29,406 nucleotides of DNA from Gemmatales bacterium. GTDB taxonomy: Bacteria > Planctomycetota > Planctomycetia > Gemmatales > Gemmataceae. The position numbers and the translations under genes are program-made. Below, in pieces: positions 1 to 7,571 of this stretch; position 1 is the stretch's first letter, and each line of letters begins with the position of its first letter. The DNA lies in NCBI GenBank assembly GCA_038239465.1, contig JBBSES010000001.1, positions 1 through 29,406 on the forward strand, written 5' to 3'. The notes under the pieces are model-generated. The model was not told the origin of the DNA. It worked only from the letters and a program-made list of their open reading frames with translations, and ran no database searches.

Positions 1-360
1 GCCAGCGACCACGCGCCGCACGCGCCGGAAAAGAAGATGCGCGAATTAGATCAAGCCCCCGACGGTATTATCGGTTTGGAGACGTTGTTGCCGTTATGCG
101 TCGTATCGCTCATCGAACCGGGACATTTGAGTTGGCCGCAACTCATCGAGAAATTGACGCGCAACCCGGCGACGATTCTCGGCATCGACCGCGGCACTCT
201 GAAGCCAGGCGCCAAGGCCGACGTGACCATCATCGATCCGACCGCGGAATGGACCATCGACCCGACGCGCTTTCGGTCGCGGAGCCGCAATTGCCCGTTC
301 GCGGGGAAAAAGGTGCGTGGCCGCGCCAAGGCGGTGATCGTCGGCGGTGTGTTGAAGTGA
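1..360 (+). CDS. pyrC: Dihydroorotase, 3' part (5'-truncated by window edge)
   Basis: Frame 1 is open from base 1 and reads ASDHAPH...APDGIIGLET...NPATILG..GTLKPGAKADVTIIDP...SRSRNCPF. These are amidohydrolase/dihydroorotase C-terminal motifs. Confidence 0.88.
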   Translation, partial: ASDHAPHAPEKKMRELDQAPDGIIGLETLLPLCVVSLIEPGHLSWPQLIEKLTRNPATILGIDRGTLKPGAKADVTIIDPTAEWTIDPTRFRSRSRNCPFAGKKVRGRAKAVIVGGVLK

Positions 361-365
361 GATTT

Positions 366-434
366 TGTTTAGCCGCGACCCGATCGAGAAGCGCTGAGGC
401 GCGAAACGTAAACGAGGCGGGTCGCGGCTAAACA
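366..434. repeat. REP-like palindrome, family A copy 1
   Basis: Perfect 17-bp inverted repeat TGTTTAGCCGCGACCCG (366-382) / CGGGTCGCGGCTAAACA (418-434), between convergent genes. The loop contains CGCGAAACGTAAAC, shared with 4369-4433. Confidence 0.85.
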
Positions 435-440
435 TATGGT

Positions 441-1100
441 TTACTGAGCTTTCAAATACACATTGCGGAACTCCACCCGGCCATCGTGGCTCTGCAAGCC
501 GATATGCCCCGTCTTGCGCGCCAGACCCGGATGCGCGGCCAATTTCTTCTCGGGGTCGGCCTCGACCCGGTCTTGATGATCGTCGAGGTTGGCATCCACG
601 ATGAGAGTGCCATTCAACTCGATGGCGATGCGCGGCCCCTTGGCGACGATGCGCATCGTCTGCCACTCGCCAAACTCCTTGGTGACTTTCTTGGACGGGC
701 CGACCACATCATAGATCGATCCCGTATATTGCGTCGGCTTGAGGTTCTTGTAATTGGCGTCGTCTAGCAGCTGGATCTCCATGCCTTCGTAAGCTGGATC
801 GCCCTTGAGCGGGGCGCGCAGGGCGACGCCGCTGTTGCCCATCTTGGGCATCTTGAATTCGAGGCGCAGTTCGAAGTTGTCGTATTCCTTCTCGGTCATG
901 AGCCAACCGCCGCCGCGGCCGTCCACGAAGAGGAGGCCCTTTTCGGCGCCCCAGACGTCCATCTTGCCGCCCATGACTTTCCAGCCGTCCAGGTTCTTGC
1001 CGTTGAAGAGAGCGGTGAAACCCTCGGGAGGTTCGTTGTCGGCGGGCCGCGCGGCGGGCGCGACGGCCAGAAGGAACAACAGCGGCAGCAGACGGCGCAT
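441..1100 (-). CDS. DUF1080 / 3-keto-disaccharide hydrolase family secreted protein
   Basis: Signal peptide MRRLLPLLFLLAVAPAARPA, then GFTALFNGKNLDGW, NFELRLEFK, GNSGV, EIQLLDD, TGSIYD and GHIGLQSH...VEFRN. Start moved from the track's 1172 to ATG 1100. Confidence 0.9.
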   Translation of the reverse strand: MRRLLPLLFLLAVAPAARPADNEPPEGFTALFNGKNLDGWKVMGGKMDVWGAEKGLLFVDGRGGGWLMTEKEYDNFELRLEFKMPKMGNSGVALRAPLKGDPAYEGMEIQLLDDANYKNLKPTQYTGSIYDVVGPSKKVTKEFGEWQTMRIVAKGPRIAIELNGTLIVDANLDDHQDRVEADPEKKLAAHPGLARKTGHIGLQSHDGRVEFRNVYLKAQ

Positions 1101-1160
1101 GGCGGGAGTCTCCAAAGGCGGGCGGGCGAAACGGCGCGGCCCGTTGCCGCGACGACCGGG

Positions 1161-1189
1161 ATTATCCGACACGCGGCCCCGCGGTGCAA
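1161..1189 (-). promoter_or_regulatory. Candidate sigma70 promoter for the DUF1080 gene
   Basis: Minus strand TTGCAC (1189-1184), 17-nt spacer, GATAAT (1166-1161). Motif match only. Confidence 0.35.
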
Positions 1190-1227
1190 CCGTTGACTTA
1201 TCGGTGCCGGTATTCTAAACGTCGATC

Positions 1228-2721
1228 ATGGGCCGGCAACGCAACCCGAATCCGCGCAAGCGCGACGGCGTCTACTACACGCCAGCGCCGTTGGTCGATT
1301 ACGTCGTCGCGCACACGCTGGGACCTTTGCTCGTCGGCCGGACGGCCGAGACCGCCGCGCGGCTGCGCGTCATCGATCCCGCATGTGGCGACGGCGCGTT
1401 CCTCGTGGGGGCGTATCGCTATCTCCTCGCCTGGCACGGAGTCTTGGCTGGCCGACACATCGCATCGAACAATCTCTTCGGCATGGAACTCGATCCAGAC
1501 GCGGCCGAGATAGCGCGGCTGCGTCTACGGCAGCTGAGCGGCGACGAACCGGATGTCGCGGACGCCCTGGAACGAAACATCCAGACCGGCAACGCTCTGC
1601 TTGGCATCGACGGTGGCTCGTTCGACGCCGTGATCGGCAATCCGCCGTGGGGCCAAAAAGCCATCGTCAAGGATACGTCGCTCAAACGCACGCTCTGGGC
1701 GCGTTTCCCCTCGTCCGCGGGCATCTTCGATCTCTTTCGGCCCTTCGTGGAATTGAGCGTCCGCCTGACGGCTCCCGGCGGCCGCTGCGGCCTGGTGCTG
1801 CCCGATACCGTCTTGCTCAAGGATTACCCGACGACGCGCCGCTACCTGCTCGACGAACTCGCCCTCGAGCGCATCGATTGGTGGGGCCGCGCCTTCGCCG
1901 ACGCCACCATCGACACGGCGACTATCGTCGGGCGCAAGGAAAAGGCGTCGGCCGACCATGCCGTCCGCGTCGAAGTGCATGGCGACGCGCCGTTGGTCCA
2001 CGCCATTCCGCAAGCCGATTTCCGGGCCAACCCGCGGCACGTCTTCAATCTGCATTTGATTCCCGGCGTTCGCGCGATCCTCCAGCGCTGCGACCACTAT
2101 CCGCGTTTGGGCGATTGCTTCGAAGTGCATGAGGGAGTGCATAGCGGCAACATGCGCGCCGAACTATTCGTGCCAAGCAAGCTGGACGATAGCTGCCGTG
2201 AGTTGCTCTTTGGCCGCGATGAAATGGTCCCTTACCAATTGCGTTGGGGTGGCGGCTACGTGCGCTTGAATGCCCTGCTTGAACGAAAATCGCCGGCGCG
2301 CTATGCCAACCTCGGCCAACCCAAGTGGCACGAGCAAGCCAAGCTGTTGGTGCGCCGTACGGGAGATCGGGTCATCGCCGCCGTGGACCGCGACGGACGT
2401 TACGCCAGCAATAACTTCTTTGTCGTCTTCCCGCGAAACCCGCCCATGCTCGACCTCGACGGCTTGTGTGCCTTGCTCAATAGCGAGTTCATGACCTGGT
2501 ACTTCCGCGCCGTGGAGCCGCGCAAGGGGCGAGCGTTCGCGGAATTGAAGATCAAGCATTTGGCCGCGTTTCCGTTGCCGCCCGCCGACGCCTGGCCCGA
2601 ATTGAACGACCTGGGGCGGCGCCGCGCCGCGGGAGAAGCGCTCGACACGGAGATAGACCGCCGCGTCCGCGCCTGGTTCGGCGCCGCGGAAAGCGCCTTG
2701 GCGTCTTCCCCGTTCCCGTAA
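1228..2721 (+). CDS. N6-adenine DNA methyltransferase (TaqI/Eco57I-like, gamma class) with C-terminal target-recognition domain
   Basis: GVYYTP, motif I IDPACGDGAFL, catalytic motif IV NPPW. C-terminal KLLVRRTGDRVIAAVD...LCALLNS resembles the TaqI-type C-terminal domain. Confidence 0.85.
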   Translation: MGRQRNPNPRKRDGVYYTPAPLVDYVVAHTLGPLLVGRTAETAARLRVIDPACGDGAFLVGAYRYLLAWHGVLAGRHIASNNLFGMELDPDAAEIARLRLRQLSGDEPDVADALERNIQTGNALLGIDGGSFDAVIGNPPWGQKAIVKDTSLKRTLWARFPSSAGIFDLFRPFVELSVRLTAPGGRCGLVLPDTVLLKDYPTTRRYLLDELALERIDWWGRAFADATIDTATIVGRKEKASADHAVRVEVHGDAPLVHAIPQADFRANPRHVFNLHLIPGVRAILQRCDHYPRLGDCFEVHEGVHSGNMRAELFVPSKLDDSCRELLFGRDEMVPYQLRWGGGYVRLNALLERKSPARYANLGQPKWHEQAKLLVRRTGDRVIAAVDRDGRYASNNFFVVFPRNPPMLDLDGLCALLNSEFMTWYFRAVEPRKGRAFAELKIKHLAAFPLPPADAWPELNDLGRRRAAGEALDTEIDRRVRAWFGAAESALASSPFP

Positions 2722-2765
2722 AATGAAATGGCAGGATTAGGGGATGTCGTTCCAGGAAGGTTTAC

Positions 2766-3116
2766 ATGCGCCGCTCCATGCTGAAGTCGAAGATTCATCG
2801 CGCCACCGTCACCGATGCCAACGTCGATTACGAAGGCAGCCTGACGGTGGACGCTCAGCTATTGGAAGCGGCCGACATCCTGCCCTTCGAGGAAGTGAAC
2901 GTCTGGAACGTGACGCGCGGCACGCGCTTCAACACCTACGCCATCGTCGGCGAACCGGGCAGCGGCGTCATCTGCGCCAACGGCGGCGCGGCCCATCACG
3001 CCCGGCCCGGCGACAAGGTCATCATCGCCACGTTCACCTGGCTCGACGACGAGGCTGCCCGCGCCTATACGCCGCGCGTCATCTTTCTCGATGACCGGAA
3101 CCAACGGCGGCTTTAG
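2766..3116 (+). CDS. panD: Aspartate 1-decarboxylase
   Basis: [12 protein letters not shown], self-cleavage site YEG|SLT, RFNTY and [13 protein letters not shown]-like AGGAAGG upstream. Confidence 0.97.
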   Translation: MRRSMLKSKIHRATVTDANVDYEGSLTVDAQLLEAADILPFEEVNVWNVTRGTRFNTYAIVGEPGSGVICANGGAAHHARPGDKVIIATFTWLDDEAARAYTPRVIFLDDRNQRRL

Positions 3117-4348
3117 GTTTTCTCGGATGGCATCAACAGGCCCGCCGGACTTTGCAGGCGACGGCTAAGCGCGTTGCCGAACGCCGCGCCCACGGCGCCA
3201 TCCACCACGCGATGGTCGAACGAGAGCGATAGGTAGAGCATGTCCGCCGGCTTGATGGCGCCGCTCGCGTCGTAGACGGGCCGTTTGACGATCTTGCCGA
3301 TGCCGAGGATGCCGACTTCGGGATGGTTGATGACCGGCGTCGAGATCAAGCCGCCGATGCCGCCGATGGATGTGACGGTGAAGGTGCCGCCGCGGAGGTC
3401 GTCGCGCTTGGCCTTGCCGGCGCGGGCCTCGGCGCCGAGGCGTTCGATATCGCGGGCGATGGTCGGTACGTCCTTGCGGTCGGCGTCCTGGATGATGGGC
3501 ACGATGAGGCCGGCCGGCGTGGCGACGGCGATGCCGATGTGATAGCGGTCGTGCAGCACGATTTCGCCGGCCGTTTCGTCCAGCGAGGCGTTGACGATAG
3601 GAACCTCCTTCAGGGCCTCGGCCGCCGCCTTGACGACGAACGCCAAGTAGGTCAGCTTGACGCCGATCCCGGCATACGGCTCGCGGAAGGCCTCGCGCAG
3701 CCGTACCAATTCGGTCACGTCGCATTCATCGATATAGGCATAATGCGGGACGGTCCGCTTGGAGAGGACCATGTGCTCGGCGATCTTGCGGCGCAGCCCT
3801 TGCAGTTTGACGCGCGTTCCCGGCGTGCCGTAGTCGGGGCGCGGCTCGGGCTTCTTCGGCGAAGCAACGCCCAGGGCGGGGATGACGGCGGCCAGGTCGT
3901 CGATCAGTACACGCCCTTCCGGCCCGGTGCCATTGACCCGCGTCAAGTCCACGCCGAGCTTGCGGGCCATGAGCCGCACCGAAGGCGCCGCCCGCACCGA
4001 CGATGGAGTCAATGCCACCCTCGTCGGCGCTCCCGCTATCGCAGCGCCCGCGCCATTCACCCTCTCCTTGACTCCCTGTCTCCCTGTCTCCTTGTCTCCT
4101 TGTCTTTGCTCTTCGCCCAGCGGCGTATAACTCAAGATCGCGTCGCCGACTTTGATCTGCTTCCCCGGTTCCGCCTGGGTAGCAGTGATGGTCCCGGCAA
4201 AGGGCGACGGCACTTCCATGCTGGCCTTGTCGGTCATGACTTCGAATAAACCCTGGCCGCGCTTGACCGCGTCGCCGGGCTTGACGAGCCAGGCGACGAG
4301 TTCGGCTTCGTAGACGCCTTCGCCGAGTTCGGGGATTTTAAATTCCAT
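3113..4348 (-). CDS. Dihydrolipoamide acyltransferase (E2) of a 2-oxoacid dehydrogenase
   Basis: One lipoyl domain ([11 protein letters not shown]...TDKASME), a subunit-binding domain ([25 protein letters not shown]) and catalytic FDHRVVDG. Start moved to ATG 4348. Its stop overlaps the panD stop. Confidence 0.95.
   Translation of the reverse strand: MEFKIPELGEGVYEAELVAWLVKPGDAVKRGQGLFEVMTDKASMEVPSPFAGTITATQAEPGKQIKVGDAILSYTPLGEEQRQGDKETGRQGVKERVNGAGAAIAGAPTRVALTPSSVRAAPSVRLMARKLGVDLTRVNGTGPEGRVLIDDLAAVIPALGVASPKKPEPRPDYGTPGTRVKLQGLRRKIAEHMVLSKRTVPHYAYIDECDVTELVRLREAFREPYAGIGVKLTYLAFVVKAAAEALKEVPIVNASLDETAGEIVLHDRYHIGIAVATPAGLIVPIIQDADRKDVPTIARDIERLGAEARAGKAKRDDLRGGTFTVTSIGGIGGLISTPVINHPEVGILGIGKIVKRPVYDASGAIKPADMLYLSLSFDHRVVDGAVGAAFGNALSRRLQSPAGLLMPSEKT
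4064..4103. repeat. Five tandem 8-bp units (CTCCYTGW) inside the E2 linker
   Basis: CTCCTTGA CTCCCTGT CTCCCTGT CTCCTTGT CTCCTTGT read directly. On the minus strand it lies within the linker segment [16 protein letters not shown]. Confidence 0.85.
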
Positions 4349-4368
4349 GAGGTATCCGATATTTCCAG

Positions 4369-4433
4369 CGTTTAGCCGCGACGCGAAGGGGAGCGCGGGG
4401 ACGCGAAACGTAAACAATACGCGCGGCTAAACG
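4369..4433. repeat. REP-like palindrome, family A copy 2
   Basis: 12-bp inverted repeat CGTTTAGCCGCG / CGCGGCTAAACG with internal CGCGAAACGTAAAC, the same architecture as 366-434. Lies between E1beta and E2. Confidence 0.85.
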
Positions 4434-4439
4434 ATTCGA

Positions 4440-5498
4440 CTACGCCTCTTCCGTGGCCACCTCACGCATCGCCTCGACGATGCCCGGCAGCTGCGGCACG
4501 CTATTTTGCTCGTACACCTGATTCAGACCAATGCCCGGAACGTGCTTGCCGGCCAACATGCGTGGCCTTGCCACGAAGTCGTAAAAATGTTCGTCGATCG
4601 CCCGGCGCAGCAGGTGTTCGCCGAAGTTCGTCACTTCCGTGTCTTCGTTAACGATCAACAGCCGGCCCGTCTTGCGCACGCTGGTACTGATGGCCTTCCA
4701 GTCGTAGGGGAAGATGCTGCGCAGGTCGATCACGTCGAACGATAGTCCCTGGTCTCTTTGCAATTGGTCGGCCGCCTGGACGCAAAGCGGCAAAGTACGG
4801 CCGTAGCTCACGACCGTGGCCGTGTCCCCCTCGCGCGCCCATCGCGCCTCGCCGAAGCGAACGTAGTACGGCTGCAACTCCGGCCAGCGCGGTTGCCAGC
4901 CGCCGCGGTCGCCGACCGGTGCGTCGATCATCTCCTTTAGGGTACTCTCGTCTTCCGGCTCGCCGGGAATCGGCCGATCGCCGCGGACGCGCAGCAGCGC
5001 CTTGGGCAGCAACACCAGGACCGGGTTGGGATCGACGATGGCGGACAGCATCAGGCCATAGGCGTCGAGCGGCGTGCTGGGCATAACGACTTTCCAACCC
5101 GGCAGCCGGCTCGCCCAACTCTCGAACGAGTGCGAGTGATAGAGGCTGCCGCGAATGCCAGAGCCGGTCGGCGTCATGACGACCATCGGCAACTCGTAAT
5201 TGCCCGCCCCGGCCCAGCGTTGGTTGCCGGCGACTTTAAGCAGGTCGATGGTATTGAAGCCGTAATCGCAGAACTGAATCTCGGCGACGGGCCGGCCGCC
5301 GGCGTAGGCGATACCCATGGCCATGCCGATGATGCCGCGCTCGTCCAGCGGCGAATTCCAGGCGGTCTTCAACCCCTGGGTGGCCGTGAAGACGCCACCC
5401 AAGGGCGGGCCGACGTCCTCGCCGAAGACGTCGGTGACGCCGAGGTGTTCCTCGCCGTAATGCAAGGCGAGGCGAACGGCCTGGACGAGCGTGGCCAT
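4440..5498 (-). CDS. 2-oxoacid dehydrogenase E1 beta subunit (probably branched-chain type)
   Basis: VFGEDVG...GGVFTATQGL, NSPLDERGIIG, PVAEIQFCDY, GSLYHSHS, VIDLRS and GRLLIVNED (transketolase-like PYR and C-terminal domains). Confidence 0.93.
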   Translation of the reverse strand: MATLVQAVRLALHYGEEHLGVTDVFGEDVGPPLGGVFTATQGLKTAWNSPLDERGIIGMAMGIAYAGGRPVAEIQFCDYGFNTIDLLKVAGNQRWAGAGNYELPMVVMTPTGSGIRGSLYHSHSFESWASRLPGWKVVMPSTPLDAYGLMLSAIVDPNPVLVLLPKALLRVRGDRPIPGEPEDESTLKEMIDAPVGDRGGWQPRWPELQPYYVRFGEARWAREGDTATVVSYGRTLPLCVQAADQLQRDQGLSFDVIDLRSIFPYDWKAISTSVRKTGRLLIVNEDTEVTNFGEHLLRRAIDEHFYDFVARPRMLAGKHVPGIGLNQVYEQNSVPQLPGIVEAMREVATEEA

Positions 5499-5512
5499 GA
5501 GGAGAAGACTCG

Positions 5513-5864
5513 TCAGAGAGGGATGAATTCAATTCGGTCTTGCCATTCTTCCGCCGAACTGCACTGGGCGATCAAAAACAACTCGGCGATTGCCTCGCCA
5601 ACCGTTATGTCCTTGCGGAGGATAAATAATCCAGGCATCGACAAACCGCCGGATACGCGCTCGTTGGCATACCGGATCATGGTTTTTCCGATCCTGACTA
5701 ATGCAAACGCGGCTTTCCTGGGCAGCCCCTGCCAAAATCGTCGGATCGCTCGCCCCGAGGAGACCTACGTCTTGAACGCGAACGATGTCGATCTCCGGGT
5801 GGTCCGAGCGCATCCTCCGCGCGAGTCCGCCGTGGACGTGTTCATCGGTGACCAGACGCAGCAT
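5513..5864 (-). pseudogene. DUF5615 / PIN-like toxin with a one-base frameshift
   Basis: N-terminus MLRLVTDEHV...DIVRVQDVGL.GASDP..L..AAQE.RV.ISQDRK is typical. Removing one A from the A5 run (plus-strand TTTTT 5683-5687) restores KTMIRYANERVSGGLSMPGLFILRKDITVGEAIAELFLIAQCSSAEEWQDRIEFIPL* ending at 5513 (116 aa). As written, the ORF goes out of frame and stops at 5529. Confidence 0.82.
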
Positions 5865-6204
5865 CCTGCGTTTTCAGGAGTCCGCGCCGGGCGAGCAACT
5901 CTTCCCTGAAGTCGGGGCGCGGCAGTTGGCGAGCCTCGATCCGCAACTTTAGTTCCTCAATCTCCCCGTCGCGTTTGTCCATATACGCTTTCACTTCATC
6001 GCGGCGACGCAAGAAGTAGGCGATTACGGCGTAAACGTCGGCGACGTTCAGAGTGTCATAGGCATCGGCGATTTCTTCGGGCGAATTTCCTTCCTCGAAC
6101 TGCGCGATAACGAATTCGAATAGGACATTGGATTGTCCCACGCGGATATCGCTGCCCGTATCGACGCGGAGAGGCACTTTGTCGTCGTGAATCGTCAAAG
6201 TCAT
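5842..6204 (-). CDS. DUF433 family antitoxin
   Basis: VPLRVD...IRVG...G.SPEEIA..Y.TL..ADVYAVIAYFL. Overlaps the toxin start by 23 nt. SD GAGGA. Confidence 0.88.
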   Translation of the reverse strand: MTLTIHDDKVPLRVDTGSDIRVGQSNVLFEFVIAQFEEGNSPEEIADAYDTLNVADVYAVIAYFLRRRDEVKAYMDKRDGEIEELKLRIEARQLPRPDFREELLARRGLLKTQDAASGHR

Positions 6205-6266
6205 GGTCGATTCCTCGCGCCGCGGTCAAGTGGATATCGCTGGTGCCGCCTGGCCGGCGACCAAAG

Positions 6267-7361
6267 CTAACGCGGCAACCCCGTGTAATCCCCGGGATAC
6301 ACCGCGTCCACGGCACTGGCCGCGTAGGTCTGCAGTTCCACGTCGGCCGCCGTCGGCTTCGCTTCGCGCGACGCCTGGTCCAGCGCCGCTTCGGCTTCCG
6401 CTTGGGCTTCCTCCCGTATGCGCTCAATCCCGGCGGCGTCGGACGCTCCCGCCTCGACCAGGCGCTTTTCGAGGCGTTCGATGCAATCCGGCTCGCCCTT
6501 GACGCGGAGGGCGCCGCTGGACGAAGAATGGCCGTAAAGCCGCGAGACTAGCGCTTCGAGCATGAAGGGCCGGCGTTCGTGACGGACGTATGCCATGGCG
6601 CGACGGATGGCGTGCCAGCTGGCGACGGCGTCGTTGCCGTCCACTACTTCGCCGGGGATGCCGAACGCCTTGCCGCGGTCGATGACGTGATGCTCGCCGT
6701 GCTGTTCGCAGGCCGGCGTCGAGATGCCGTAGCCGTTGTTCATGACGACGATAAGGACGGGAAGTTCATTGCCCGGACGGCTCGACCAGACGAGGCAGGA
6801 GGCGAAGTCTCCCTCGGCGGTGCCGGCCTCGCCGCCGGCGACGACGGTGATGCCCTCGCCGCCAAAGCGCTTTTGCACGTGCGCGGTGCCGGGGGCCATG
6901 ACGTACTGGACTTCGATAACGGAGGTGACGGGAATGACGTTCCAATCGCGGCGGGCGAAATGGCCGCTGAAGTTGCGGCCCATCGAGTGCGGGTCGGTCG
7001 CGGTCATGGCCATCTGCCGTATACCGTCCAACGGGTCCATGCCCATCGCCACGAGCGTGGCGCTGTTGCGGTAGTGCAAATGGAGGTAATCGTACGCCGG
7101 CCCCTGCCCCTTGTGGACCTGCAAGCCGAGGCAGGCGTTGAACGCTTCCTCGCCGGGGCCGCCGATCCAGAAGTAGGCCTCGCCCGACTTGCTCATCTTG
7201 ATCATCCGCTCTTCCATGACGCGCGAACGCACCATGAGGCGGTGGATAAGCAAACAGCGTTCGACCGGCAGCGATTCGTCCCCCGAGGCGATTTCCGGCG
7301 GCGCCAGCGCCGCGGTCCCGTTTCCTTCGAATGGTCCGAGACCGATCGCCTTGGTCGGCAT
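6267..7361 (-). CDS. 2-oxoacid dehydrogenase E1 alpha subunit (TPP-dependent, probably branched-chain type)
   Basis: RSRVMEERM, GEEAF, LHYRN, ThDP motif variant GEAGTAEGDF...NNGYGIS and RLYGHS. ATG 7361 has SD AGAGGA; TTG 7382 is an alternative start. Confidence 0.9.
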   Translation of the reverse strand: MPTKAIGLGPFEGNGTAALAPPEIASGDESLPVERCLLIHRLMVRSRVMEERMIKMSKSGEAYFWIGGPGEEAFNACLGLQVHKGQGPAYDYLHLHYRNSATLVAMGMDPLDGIRQMAMTATDPHSMGRNFSGHFARRDWNVIPVTSVIEVQYVMAPGTAHVQKRFGGEGITVVAGGEAGTAEGDFASCLVWSSRPGNELPVLIVVMNNGYGISTPACEQHGEHHVIDRGKAFGIPGEVVDGNDAVASWHAIRRAMAYVRHERRPFMLEALVSRLYGHSSSSGALRVKGEPDCIERLEKRLVEAGASDAAGIERIREEAQAEAEAALDQASREAKPTAADVELQTYAASAVDAVYPGDYTGLPR

Positions 7362-7530
7362 GGGTACGATCCTCTTCGCCAAACCTGGCGCCTCGCATCG
7401 CGGCCGAGCGCTTTATCGGCAACCCGCGCCGGCGAGGGTCAGGGGAAAGTCGCGCGAACGGTTCATCCAGAACGGGACCGGCTTCCTCTACCCGTCAGGT
7501 TCACGAAAAACCCGACAAAAATCTACCTAT

Positions 7531-7536
7531 ATTATA
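7531..7536 (-). promoter_or_regulatory. Candidate -10 element for the E1alpha operon
   Basis: Perfect TATAAT on the minus strand in an AT-rich patch about 170 nt upstream of E1alpha. No convincing -35. Confidence 0.45.
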
Positions 7537-7571
7537 CCGGCGTCACGCGGCTGCCGATACCACGGCGGCGC

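Noticed and set aside
6700-6850. GEAG instead of GDG in the E1alpha ThDP motif, as a sign of inactivity
   Set aside because: Glu at this position is known in branched-chain E1alpha subunits, and the downstream NN is intact.
7440-7520. Possible TPP riboswitch upstream of the TPP-dependent E1alpha (GAACCTGA on the minus strand)
   Set aside because: No upstream CTGAGA and no downstream GxTAATxCCxGCGxAGGGA-like segment.
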